A DNA stretch of 64,000 bases. Origin: a virus. Taxonomy: Duplodnaviria; Caudoviricetes. Shown piece after piece: positions 1 through 8,242 of the stretch (positions within the stretch are counted from its first letter, which is position 1; the number at the start of each line of letters is the position of its first letter). The notes beneath the pieces were generated by a model, which was not told where the DNA came from, searched no databases, and saw nothing but the letters and a program-made list of their open reading frames with translations. The position numbers and the translations under genes were made by a program. The stretch lies in IMG/VR virus record IMGVR_UViG_3300025066_000007, one strand, 5' to 3'.

Positions 1-847
1 TATCTAGTCTAGATTCGTCTTCATATATTAGAGCAAAAGAGTCACCCTTATAAGACCTTGAAACAGTTTTATTCCAGCTTACACGCAACATGTCTCCTCT
101 GCCCATATTCGTAAGCTTTTTAATGCCTTGGGCATAGCCAAGAAATTTTACCTGAGGAAAAACTGAGGGAAGAACAACCGCAGGGAGATCTACAGAATAA
201 GAAAAGCTACCACTTAATACATTCCCGCTTAAGTCTGCTGCATCATACTTTACGGTATACGCTCCATTGCGAAAAGGTTCCGTAGGCTCTATCCTTGCTG
301 ATGCTCTATCTTCTGTCTTTGTTATAACAGAGGAATTGCCTGCGTATAGCGTCTGAAAAACTCCTCCCAATACGGCAGGAGAGTTATTGATATATATATT
401 TATAGAATCTTCATCGATATCATCGATTTCATCTTTGAACTGCAGAAAAAGCACCTGATCTGATTGAACAAGGTCTCCAGAAGTCGGAGAGCTTATTTCA
501 AGTTCTGGCTCAGACGGAATTGTCTTAAAAGCATATTCGAAATTATAAAATTTATCTTCTAAATTCTGGATTTGAACTTTTACAAAAACAACCTGTCCTT
601 CGCCAAAGTCATTTATAGAATCTATAACAAGATGTGCTCCAGATGCATCACTGGTTATCTCGGAAAAGATTCCATCAAAGGGGTCCGTGAAATCTAGGCC
701 TTGAAAGGCCCTACTCCCGCTTATTTCAACAACCAATGATGATAGATTTAGTCCGGTTCCATCATCTAAAATGCTAAACTCAATCAAAGAGTTTAAAGAG
801 ATGGAGTTGTCGCCTTCATTGGGCGATTTTCCAGATAAAGTTAACAT
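1..847 (-). CDS. Virion structural protein with Ig-like/Fn3-like domains (partial, runs off the window start)
   Basis: Not in the ORF track; translated by hand from ATG at 847 (GAGG upstream): MLTLSGKSPNEGDNSISLNSLIEFSILDDGTG...NGAYTVKYDAADLSGNVLSGSFSYSVD...DMLRVSWNK...LIYEDESRLD. Open to position 2. Beta-strand-rich, Ig-like pattern. Confidence 0.75.
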   Translation of the reverse strand, partial: MLTLSGKSPNEGDNSISLNSLIEFSILDDGTGLNLSSLVVEISGSRAFQGLDFTDPFDGIFSEITSDASGAHLVIDSINDFGEGQVVFVKVQIQNLEDKFYNFEYAFKTIPSEPELEISSPTSGDLVQSDQVLFLQFKDEIDDIDEDSINIYINNSPAVLGGVFQTLYAGNSSVITKTEDRASARIEPTEPFRNGAYTVKYDAADLSGNVLSGSFSYSVDLPAVVLPSVFPQVKFLGYAQGIKKLTNMGRGDMLRVSWNKTVSRSYKGDSFALIYEDESRLD

Positions 848-872
848 AAGTGCCTCTTAGATATCGAGGCCT

Positions 873-880
873 ATTAGTAG
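873..880 (-). promoter_or_regulatory. CTACTAAT putative late-promoter -10 motif
   Basis: Exact motif about 26 nt upstream of the ATG at 847; recurs in intergenic positions. Confidence 0.55.
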
Positions 881-890
881 AGGAGTTCTG

Positions 891-1412
891 TTAAACAGCC
901 TCTTCTAAAAGTTCCTCGCGCTTGTCTTTTTTATCCTCGCCAGGAACATTATGGTGGTCAAGAAGGTCATCAACATATTCTTCTGCATCTTCTTTTCCAA
1001 GCTCTTTTGAGTGATATTTTATTTGCTTTTGAAATGCAGCTACTTCATCTGGTTCATCAAGATAATTATGTGCTTCGTCGCTTTTAGGCTTACCAAAATC
1101 TTTTATGTGCTGGATCGCATGAACTAACTCATGAATAACATATCTCATTCTAATCTCTGGAGGCTTATCTAGAAGCTTTGTGCTCAAGCTAATGCTCCCA
1201 TCTGTAGTTTTTGCAGCAACCTCTAAGTCCTCAAAGAGAATCGGAACAGAAACAAGAAGCCATTCGTCTACGCCTTCTTCTCTGCAAATTTCTTTAGCAA
1301 CTTCATCATTCATCATGGTGGTCCTGATGTCTGCTAGAAGCCTCATCTGCTTCATCAGCTTATTTTCTGATTTCTTTTTTGCAAAAATAGTAAACATGTT
1401 ATTCTTTCTCAA
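891..1412 (-). CDS. Zincin-like (HExxH) metalloprotease-fold protein
   Basis: YVIHELVHAIQH followed by EPDEVAAF (downstream third-ligand Glu pattern). Confidence 0.7.
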   Translation of the reverse strand: MRKNNMFTIFAKKKSENKLMKQMRLLADIRTTMMNDEVAKEICREEGVDEWLLVSVPILFEDLEVAAKTTDGSISLSTKLLDKPPEIRMRYVIHELVHAIQHIKDFGKPKSDEAHNYLDEPDEVAAFQKQIKYHSKELGKEDAEEYVDDLLDHHNVPGEDKKDKREELLEEAV

Positions 1413-1608
1413 AGAACTCCTGCAAACTTTCTGACTCAGTATCTATGGCCAAGCGAGCAAGAAAAGAGGTTTGTTTGAGTGCTGAGATCCGTTCTTCAGC
1501 TCTCTTTATCAGGTTCTCAAGGCCCAATATTTCGAAGTCAATTTCAACAGGGCTCGTTGGCCTAGAGAATCCGCAATACTTTATTTCGCAATTTTCTGGT
1601 TCACGCAT
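1399..1608 (-). CDS. Hypothetical small protein
   Basis: 69-aa ORF with GGAGG upstream, co-oriented and overlapping the start of the next gene. Confidence 0.65.
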   Translation of the reverse strand: MREPENCEIKYCGFSRPTSPVEIDFEILGLENLIKRAEERISALKQTSFLARLAIDTESESLQEFFEKE

Positions 1609-1660
1609 TATGCCTCCCTGAAAGAAATATTACTCAATATTTGTAGGCCTATTTTTATAT

Positions 1661-1674
1661 ATTAATATTAATAG
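1661..1674. promoter_or_regulatory. Palindromic ATTAATATTAAT containing CTATTAAT (minus strand); probable divergent promoter
   Basis: Perfect 12-bp palindrome 1661..1672 between divergently oriented genes 1399..1608(-) and 1695..2372(+). Confidence 0.45.
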
Positions 1675-1694
1675 CATATCGTAGGTACCGTCTA

Positions 1695-2372
1695 ATGCTA
1701 AAAATTTCTAAAAATATAGAAACGCCAGAAGAGCTATATCACTGGCTCAGCAAAAACAGAGAAGGTTTGATTAGAAGCATAAAAAATAAATATTTCTCTG
1801 CTAGAGCAGGTCATTATAGTCCAATATATATTAGGGATAAGATCAAACTCACTCGACCATATGACAAAAAAGAGGTTGAGGTCCAAGTAAATGTTGTGTC
1901 AAAAGAAACTTTTATCGCAAAAGGATGGGACGAAAACTACTATGCATATGCGGATACCAGCTCAAACACAATTTGGCTAAATACAGACATCTTATTTAAA
2001 TATACAAAGTCGGAACGAGGATGGAAATTCATTCAGCATGCCATGGTTCATGAGATAACACATATTATTGATCCAAAGCTATATGACCCAGACCTCGACC
2101 AAAGGGATGATCTCCCATATTTCAAGCGCCCTTATGAATTTGATGCCTATTCTGCTGGCTTCTCTGACATTATGCGAAACAAATATGAGCCTGAATATAT
2201 CTTAAAAATGCTCAAAGATACAGAGGTGTGGAATAAGCATCCAAATAAGCCTAAAGCCCTCAAAGAGTGGTCGCCAAAGCAATTAAGGCTTTTTAAGATT
2301 AGACTATATCATGATGTAATAAAAGATATGGAGGAGGAGAGAGAGGATCTGGAGGGCCTAGAGTCCCTTTGA
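1695..2372 (+). CDS. Zincin-like (HExxH) metalloprotease-fold protein; only plus-strand gene
   Basis: AMVHEITHIID plus KRPYEFDAY; fills a gap with no minus-strand ORF. Confidence 0.75.
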   Translation: MLKISKNIETPEELYHWLSKNREGLIRSIKNKYFSARAGHYSPIYIRDKIKLTRPYDKKEVEVQVNVVSKETFIAKGWDENYYAYADTSSNTIWLNTDILFKYTKSERGWKFIQHAMVHEITHIIDPKLYDPDLDQRDDLPYFKRPYEFDAYSAGFSDIMRNKYEPEYILKMLKDTEVWNKHPNKPKALKEWSPKQLRLFKIRLYHDVIKDMEEEREDLEGLESL

Positions 2373-3665
2373 ATGATATAACTTCGATATTGCCAAAGAC
2401 TCTTTCTTTAATCCATTAGACAAGGCCCAGCTCTCCAAAGTCTTGAGCTTTTCGGACAGTCCGCTTTTTGCTTTATTTAGGAAGGCCGGAGCAACTCCTA
2501 ATTCATCATATAAGTCTTTTCTTTTGAATCTATCACTCGGAAAGATTCCTCCCAAAAAGTCCTCAAAAACAAGCTCTGATGGATTTTCTTTGTCAGAAAA
2601 ATTTAATTTATTTTCAATATATTTCTGATTTTCTCTTAAGCTTTTTTCTATGAGCTTAGCGTCTGCTTCCGAAAGAAAGATCGCGCCATTTGTGTAATAA
2701 ATTTCATCGTTTATCTTTACTATAAAATATTCATCGAACAAACTATCCACTGGAATCTTTAAGATATCAGGCTTAAGATCTTTCAGATCATACTTGAGCT
2801 TTAATAGCTTAGATTTAGGAGAGCCTCGGTCTTCATAGTTAACTCCCAGATCTTCAATCAGGTCTATAATATATTTGTGATAGTCCGCCTTTGCAGGAGA
2901 GCTCCCAGCTCCTTCAATGCTGGAAATTCTCTTTTCATTTGGATGATATGTCGCGACTATATGTGGGTTCTGGTTCTTGTCGAGCAGAATTAGCATCGTT
3001 CTGTCTTCGTCTATGCCCATAGCGCCAACTGAGCCACAGTTTTTCATTTTTTGGCCAAGAATATCACACTTCTTTCCAGAGTCAATCCAGCGATAACCAT
3101 TTACATATTGCTTAATGGTCGGCATCTCTAAAGAGATTTTTTTATCTGCATAAATCTCTGCAGCTTCTTTGTAAGAAAGCTTCTTATATTGATTTAAATT
3201 ATTTACTTCTCCAGATACGATATCTCTAATCAAATCTCTATCAAAGAAAATGTCTTTCAAGAAGATCTCTTTGATTTCTTTCTTTATAAGTGGAATGTGC
3301 TCCTCTAGGTCTATCCTTCTTGTTTCTTGCGAATAGGGATCATAACTTTCGATTCCACTATAGCCATTCTCCTTAGACCACTTATCATATGCGTCTTCTC
3401 CCTTGAGAGCGGCATCTAGCATCTGCAGTAAATTAGCAAGCAACCCTTCTCCCCTGAGTCTTCCAACGTTTCTAATCCAGTCCATCGGGATCTTATTTAC
3501 TCCCCACAAATGATATTCATTCATCCATTTTGCAATTATAAATGCATTTTTTCCAAATCTTTCAATAAATACTTTCGCAATAACCTCTGGATATCCGAGG
3601 TTTACAATTTGCTGAGCAGAAGCCGCAAACTTATTAAGCGCTAATAGCTTATTGAAACGATTCAT
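2358..3665 (-). CDS. PcfJ-like domain protein with C-terminal shared helical tag
   Basis: LGQKMKNCGS...LILLDKNQNPHIVATY resembles the PcfJ-type GxxMxxC...LxDxxxxPH pattern; C-terminus KLKTLESWALSNGLKKESLAI. Confidence 0.6.
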   Translation of the reverse strand: MNRFNKLLALNKFAASAQQIVNLGYPEVIAKVFIERFGKNAFIIAKWMNEYHLWGVNKIPMDWIRNVGRLRGEGLLANLLQMLDAALKGEDAYDKWSKENGYSGIESYDPYSQETRRIDLEEHIPLIKKEIKEIFLKDIFFDRDLIRDIVSGEVNNLNQYKKLSYKEAAEIYADKKISLEMPTIKQYVNGYRWIDSGKKCDILGQKMKNCGSVGAMGIDEDRTMLILLDKNQNPHIVATYHPNEKRISSIEGAGSSPAKADYHKYIIDLIEDLGVNYEDRGSPKSKLLKLKYDLKDLKPDILKIPVDSLFDEYFIVKINDEIYYTNGAIFLSEADAKLIEKSLRENQKYIENKLNFSDKENPSELVFEDFLGGIFPSDRFKRKDLYDELGVAPAFLNKAKSGLSEKLKTLESWALSNGLKKESLAISKLYHSKGL

Positions 3666-4450
3666 TCTAGAATATCCCCATATCCCTTAAGCCATTCTCT
3701 CCCACTTTCTATGTCCTGCACTTGATTGTCAGAGATCTTTAACCAAATATATTTTTCACCAGCATTTATCGCAGCAAAAGCTCTATGATTTCCGTCTCTA
3801 ATTTGGAATATAAACTCACCAAAGTCTCCGGATCTATTCTCTTCCGCCTCTGTTAACTGAAGCTCCATATCTTTCTTGAGCTCATCATATGATTCTTCAA
3901 CAATGTTGTAATTATCATCATAATCAGAGTTATTACTCAACCACTCTTTTTTATCCGCAAGGTACTGGTCAAGCTCTTCATCGCCAGTTGTAAGCGGAGC
4001 ATGGCCATAATCTTCTTGATATTTTATTGACTCTTCAATTTCGGAAACCCCAACCTTTGACATCTCGCCATAGGGAGCGTAAAGGATTACTTTTTCTGGA
4101 GATGAATTAATCTTATCAGTTAATTGAGAAATCTTTTCGTCATAGAAGACATTCCCTTGGATCGGATAAACGTAATGGGAGTCCGCTCTTACCATTTTGC
4201 CGGTAGTGCCTATCCAGATTACATTGCGTCCATGATAAAGGTTGTCCTCTTCTTTTTCTCTGGAGACTAATTCATCTTCTAGATCTGGGTAAAATTCGTC
4301 ATAAGATTCTGCGCCATAACTCGGCTGCTCCCATAGGGGGCCTTCATTGCGCGGCATAGAATATTTGAAAACTTGCCTTGCCTCTTTCCTCAGGCCGCTA
4401 GAAGCTAGCCAACCTGACAATGCGACAAGCTTCTTTAATCTTCTGTTCAT
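3662..4450 (-). CDS. ParB/Sulfiredoxin-fold protein with N-terminal shared helical tag
   Basis: FQIRDGNHRAFAAINAG (DGxHR signature); N-terminus KLVALSGWLASSGLRKEARQV. Confidence 0.65.
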   Translation of the reverse strand: MNRRLKKLVALSGWLASSGLRKEARQVFKYSMPRNEGPLWEQPSYGAESYDEFYPDLEDELVSREKEEDNLYHGRNVIWIGTTGKMVRADSHYVYPIQGNVFYDEKISQLTDKINSSPEKVILYAPYGEMSKVGVSEIEESIKYQEDYGHAPLTTGDEELDQYLADKKEWLSNNSDYDDNYNIVEESYDELKKDMELQLTEAEENRSGDFGEFIFQIRDGNHRAFAAINAGEKYIWLKISDNQVQDIESGREWLKGYGDILE

Positions 4451-4468
4451 TACAAAAGATTATGGAAA

Positions 4469-4476
4469 ATTAGTAG
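4469..4476 (-). promoter_or_regulatory. CTACTAAT putative late-promoter motif
   Basis: Exact motif about 19 nt upstream of the ATG at 4450. Confidence 0.55.
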
Positions 4477-4621
4477 CTACAGGGGAATGTTAACGCTATT
4501 AAGGCGCTGAACTATGGACAGCGTACAGGGCAAGAATATTACAGGAGATATCAACGCACATTTAACGTAGGCATCTAGTGATTTACTAGTAATTGGGGGA
4601 TTTAATGTTCGCTCCAGAATA

Positions 4622-6208
4622 TTAACAGAGTAATGCGGACAGCTCTTTTGCCTCTTTTCTGAAGCCGTTGGTGCGGAGCCACGCTTCAAGAGGTTGGAGT
4701 TTGTTTTCTTCGGGAGCTTTGTTCTTTGGGTTAAGATGTGCGTATTCAGGAATATTATGTAGGCCGTAATAAAAGAACTCTTCAGGATCTTTCTCTGCCC
4801 AATACTTTGCGGTAGGTATTCCAAACTCTACGTATTCACGAAGCTTATGTAGGCCATAAGAAAAGAAGCGTTTAGGCTTTTTCTCTACCAAATTCTTTGC
4901 GGCAGGTATTCCAAACTCTGCGTATTCAGGAATCTCATGTAGGTCGTAATGAAAGAAGCATATAGGATCTTTCTCTGCGCAATTCTTTGCGGCAGGTATT
5001 TTAAACTCTGCGTATTCAGGAGTCTTGTGCAGGCCATAACCAAAGAACTCTTCAGGACTTTTCTCTGCCAAATTCTTTGCGGCAACCTTTTTCGTATCCG
5101 CTCTTGCCGCATTATTTTGCGTAAATTGCAGCAAAATGCTTGCTATCTGAGAATCATCATTGATTGCTGCAATCTGGAGTTCCAATTCCTCCGGAGTTGT
5201 TTCTGCTATTATTTTATTGAATTTCGTATCTTCTCTTCTGCCTATATCCGCATAGATAGCCGAAATTATCGAATCCGCTTCGGATCCCAAATATTCTTGA
5301 ATTTGGTTCAAGCTTAAATCACGATTATCTGTATTGACTGTAGCATTTTGATTCGTTAAAAGCTGCGGCTTTCCATCTCTTTTGGTAAATCCAATAGATA
5401 TTTTTCTCATCGGATTTGATTTCTCAAAAAATTCCGAATCTTGCTTTGTTATTACGTAATAAAGGTAAATATTTTTTGAAGCATAATTTGCAAACTTATT
5501 TCCTTTAAGATAAGAAGTACACCAAGTGGTTCCCCTGGCCCAATACTGAGAGGATTGAGTGGTTCCACTCAAAACTGTGATGAAGTCATCCGATTGATAA
5601 ATGTAATCCGTATATTTCGGATCCAGAGCGTGTTTTTCTATTTTTGAATAATAATATTCTTTATTTGAAGCAAGTTTTTCATCAAAATAGCTTCTTAATT
5701 CGGAGAGAAGATTAAAGGATTCCAATGGCTTCTCAAGCTGCTCCGGATTTCTTTGGTAAAATAAAACGCTTTTTATGATTTCTTCTATCGGATCCGCTTC
5801 TTCATTAAAAAGCATCTTGAAAATCCAGGGATAATATCTCGGATTAACTTCAGACTTCTTTAATGTCTCCAATCCCTTGACATGCTCCGGATCTTTTAGC
5901 TGTGGATGAGTTGCATTTGCCTTGTCAATTTCCAAGTCCTTCGGACTCTTCGATACACCTCCGCTGCGAATTGCAGCAATGATCTCTTCCTTTGGCTTGC
6001 CTTTGAATTGATTTATGCTTTGAAGATATTCCTCATTGGATCCGAAGTTGCTTCGAAATGCTGAATAATATTGATCCGAAAAAGAAAACATCATATTTGC
6101 ATTTTCGACAGGAAATAATTCAGAGAACTTATCTCTGCTTTCTTGCTTTTCAACGCTTACTGCCGCTTCCTTGAGTAAATCCTTAATTCTACTTGCTCTT
6201 GATAACAT
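4622..6208 (-). CDS. PcfJ-like domain protein with four 30-aa repeats and C-terminal shared tag
   Basis: QYWARGTTWCTS...KFANYASKNIYLYYVI (GTxWC pattern); C-terminus KLQPLEAWLRTNGFRKEAKEL. Confidence 0.6.
   Translation of the reverse strand: MLSRASRIKDLLKEAAVSVEKQESRDKFSELFPVENANMMFSFSDQYYSAFRSNFGSNEEYLQSINQFKGKPKEEIIAAIRSGGVSKSPKDLEIDKANATHPQLKDPEHVKGLETLKKSEVNPRYYPWIFKMLFNEEADPIEEIIKSVLFYQRNPEQLEKPLESFNLLSELRSYFDEKLASNKEYYYSKIEKHALDPKYTDYIYQSDDFITVLSGTTQSSQYWARGTTWCTSYLKGNKFANYASKNIYLYYVITKQDSEFFEKSNPMRKISIGFTKRDGKPQLLTNQNATVNTDNRDLSLNQIQEYLGSEADSIISAIYADIGRREDTKFNKIIAETTPEELELQIAAINDDSQIASILLQFTQNNAARADTKKVAAKNLAEKSPEEFFGYGLHKTPEYAEFKIPAAKNCAEKDPICFFHYDLHEIPEYAEFGIPAAKNLVEKKPKRFFSYGLHKLREYVEFGIPTAKYWAEKDPEEFFYYGLHNIPEYAHLNPKNKAPEENKLQPLEAWLRTNGFRKEAKELSALLC
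4724..5083 (-). repeat. Four in-frame 90-bp (30-aa) tandem repeats, unit AAKNLAEKxPEEFFxYGLHxxPEYAEFxIP
   Basis: Unit starts at 5083, 4993, 4903 and 4813 (exact 90-nt period). Confidence 0.9.
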
Positions 6209-6250
6209 ATTAATTCCTGTTATTATTCAGAATAATAATAGGATTCGCCA

Positions 6251-6447
6251 TTAATCCAGGGGGATATTGTGCCTTTTCATATAACGCTTAAAAGTGGTTG
6301 CTCCGACTCCCAGGGATCGTGCAGCGCCCTTAACCGTTCCGATTTTGTTATAGGTCTCAGCAATGTTTTTTTAGATAAAAGCGTCTTGAATCTTTCGGCT
6401 TTTGAGCCGGTTGATTCTTTGATCCTTATATTAGTAGAGAAAAGCAA
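6251..6447 (-). pseudogene. Cryptic Fis-type helix-turn-helix ORF broken by a 1-nt frameshift in an A7 run
   Basis: 6251..6370 reads KNIAETYNKIGTVKGAARSLGVGATTFKRYMKRHNIPLD*. The upstream open frame (TTG 6447: LLFSTNIRIKESTGSKAERFKTLLSK) joins it only if one A is added to the run at 6366..6372. Confidence 0.45.
6430..6437 (-). promoter_or_regulatory. CTACTAAT putative late-promoter motif
   Basis: Exact motif in the gap after the stop of 6463..7371. Confidence 0.5.
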
Positions 6448-6462
6448 GTGCAGCGGCTACTA

Positions 6463-7371
6463 TTAAATGATACGCCTACTACGAAGATGCTTTAGGCGTT
6501 GTGCAGCGGGCACTCCGCTGCTCATATTGGAGTATGTTCCGTATCCAGTGGGGCCTGGACGAATAGAGTTTTTAATAAACTTAAGCCTCTCTCGATAAGA
6601 GGTCATAAAGTTCTGGTAATGAGTTGCCAGAAAGTCTCCCAGGGCAGGGGGCTGGTAGGAAATCCCTCCATCACTGATTGTAAAGTCTCGACCCTTCTCG
6701 ACCAAAGCCTGAGAGGATAGCGCCAAAATTAAGGCACCTTCAACTATCGCATGAGAGAAGGTTTTGTAGATAATTTGCTCCCCAAAGCTGAACGACGTAA
6801 AGAACGGAACCATATTGAATTCAGATAGAGAAGAGGATAGGAAGCAGGCGAGGATTTCGTCTGTGAAAACATTGCAATCCTCCATTACCATTTCTCCATA
6901 CCCATCTAAGATAAAGGCTCCATATTGATCTCTTGAAGGCTTCTGCCCATCTGATTGGAGTCTAGCCTTCAGTAGCTTAAGAAGTATATTTAATCCGGTA
7001 AGCTCTGCCTGAGTGAAATCAAAGTCTACTTCATCGCCAAGTCTCGCAGCGCCTGCAACTGCAGATGCTTCGTCTGTTACTAGAAATTTAAATTCATTAG
7101 AAAGGGTGACTCCATCTACTACGCCTGTCCACGTATCTGTCCAGAGACCTTTTTCGATAGAAGCGCCTACTGCATATGAATAGGTATAGAGGCCAACCGC
7201 CTCTCTGACAACTCCAGTTGATGTAGAGGCAACTACAATTGCTCCGTCTGGATCCGTTAGCTCAATCTGTGGAATGCTGCCAGCGTCAGCTTCCAAGCCA
7301 TCTGGGCCATAGTACTGAATACTTAGTTCTAGGGTTTCACCTCGTATGGCTTTGTTTCTATTATTGGGCAT
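6463..7371 (-). CDS. Putative head-tail adaptor/neck protein with N-terminal Ig-like domain
   Basis: N-terminal Ig-like segment (GLYTYSYAV...WTDTW); C-terminal helical region FTDEILACFL...FTISDGGISY... typical of head-completion proteins; lies downstream of the capsid gene. Confidence 0.55.
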   Translation of the reverse strand: MPNNRNKAIRGETLELSIQYYGPDGLEADAGSIPQIELTDPDGAIVVASTSTGVVREAVGLYTYSYAVGASIEKGLWTDTWTGVVDGVTLSNEFKFLVTDEASAVAGAARLGDEVDFDFTQAELTGLNILLKLLKARLQSDGQKPSRDQYGAFILDGYGEMVMEDCNVFTDEILACFLSSSLSEFNMVPFFTSFSFGEQIIYKTFSHAIVEGALILALSSQALVEKGRDFTISDGGISYQPPALGDFLATHYQNFMTSYRERLKFIKNSIRPGPTGYGTYSNMSSGVPAAQRLKHLRSRRII

Positions 7372-7694
7372 TATCTTGACTCCGCTCTTGGGGCTCCTCT
7401 TGAGTTTGAATAAACGGTAAAGTGTTCTAGAGTTGTATACTCTGTGCCATCTACGGTATACGTTATGATTGCCATATAGTCTCCTACGTCAGCAGGGATA
7501 TAATCATAGTAATATGTTCCATAATCGCTGTCTGCCTCTACCATCGTAACTGGGAAGTTTCCATCGACTGTTTTATTCGGCTTAATAAGAGAAGTAATGG
7601 TAGGAGAAATCGAACTAGTCTCAGCGATTCCTCCTTCTGTAACCTGCAAAACGATTCTGGCCGTTGCACCTAATTTATAGCTCCCCATTCCCAT
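7371..7694 (-). CDS. Small Ig-like virion protein
   Basis: GTYYYDYIPADVGDYMAIITYTVDG beta-sandwich pattern; translationally coupled. Confidence 0.55.
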   Translation of the reverse strand: MGMGSYKLGATARIVLQVTEGGIAETSSISPTITSLIKPNKTVDGNFPVTMVEADSDYGTYYYDYIPADVGDYMAIITYTVDGTEYTTLEHFTVYSNSRGAPRAESR

Positions 7695-8161
7695 CAGTCT
7701 GCCTCAACATAAATCGCAAATAATGAAGAATCTGCCTGGATAGCTTCTGCAAAATCAGCAGAAACAACAAATGCATTATTTGCGATTACACATTCATCGT
7801 TTATCATTTGTCCATTTAGATATATTGCCAAAGTATTTTCTCGCATTGAAGATGGAAGAGTATAAGGCCCAACTCCTTCGGGGATTATCTGAGAAGATAG
7901 ATCCGCAACAAGAAGACGGGAGTCTGAGGCCAAAATCTCTTCTGCCCTTCTGTCTATCTCTGCCATCAGAGCAGGATCATCAATCGCTCTTTTTGAAACG
8001 GAATAATTTTCATCTTCCACATATTCAGTAAACTTTACGACCTGTCCGGCAATATTCGTTTTGTAAGCAACCCTAGTGGTAACGGTCTCTCCGTCAATTA
8101 CTTCTTCTTTTGCTCTTCTTACAAATGATGTTGTTCCCACTTTTACGCTCCTCTTGAACAA
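7694..8161 (-). CDS. Hypothetical (probable virion) protein, TTG start
   Basis: C-terminal beta-rich YTLPSS...LAIYLNGQ pattern; start lies 5 nt downstream of CTACTAAT. Confidence 0.6.
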   Translation of the reverse strand: MFKRSVKVGTTSFVRRAKEEVIDGETVTTRVAYKTNIAGQVVKFTEYVEDENYSVSKRAIDDPALMAEIDRRAEEILASDSRLLVADLSSQIIPEGVGPYTLPSSMRENTLAIYLNGQMINDECVIANNAFVVSADFAEAIQADSSLFAIYVEAD

Positions 8162-8166
8162 TAATA

Positions 8167-8174
8167 ATTAGTAG
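8167..8174 (-). promoter_or_regulatory. CTACTAAT putative late-promoter motif
   Basis: Exact motif immediately after the terminator T-tract and just upstream of the TTG at 8161. Confidence 0.6.
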
Positions 8175-8175
8175 C

Positions 8176-8205
8176 AAAAAGGGCCGGGGATTTTCCCCGG
8201 CCCTT
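8176..8205 (-). terminator. Intrinsic terminator
   Basis: AAGGGCCGGGGA-AAA-TCCCCGGCCCTTTTT hairpin plus T-tract downstream of 8243..9739. Confidence 0.85.
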
Positions 8206-8242
8206 CAATTTATTCAATTAGTTTTTGCTAATCAATGTTTGA

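Noticed and set aside
4480-4582. Protein-like plus-strand stretch (GNVNAIKALNYGQRTGQEYYRRYQRTFNVGI*) in the gap
   Set aside because: Bounded upstream by an in-frame TAG with no start codon; too short to support beyond a possible remnant
4477-4824. 115-aa minus-strand ORF overlapping the end of 4622..6208 (and 4885..5112)
   Set aside because: Alternative-frame read-out of the 90-bp repeats; no RBS; overlaps a better ORF on the same strand
4724-5083. Regularly spaced repeats as a CRISPR array
   Set aside because: The period is 90 bp, in frame, with synonymous-type variation across the whole unit and no repeat/unique-spacer structure; it is a protein repeat
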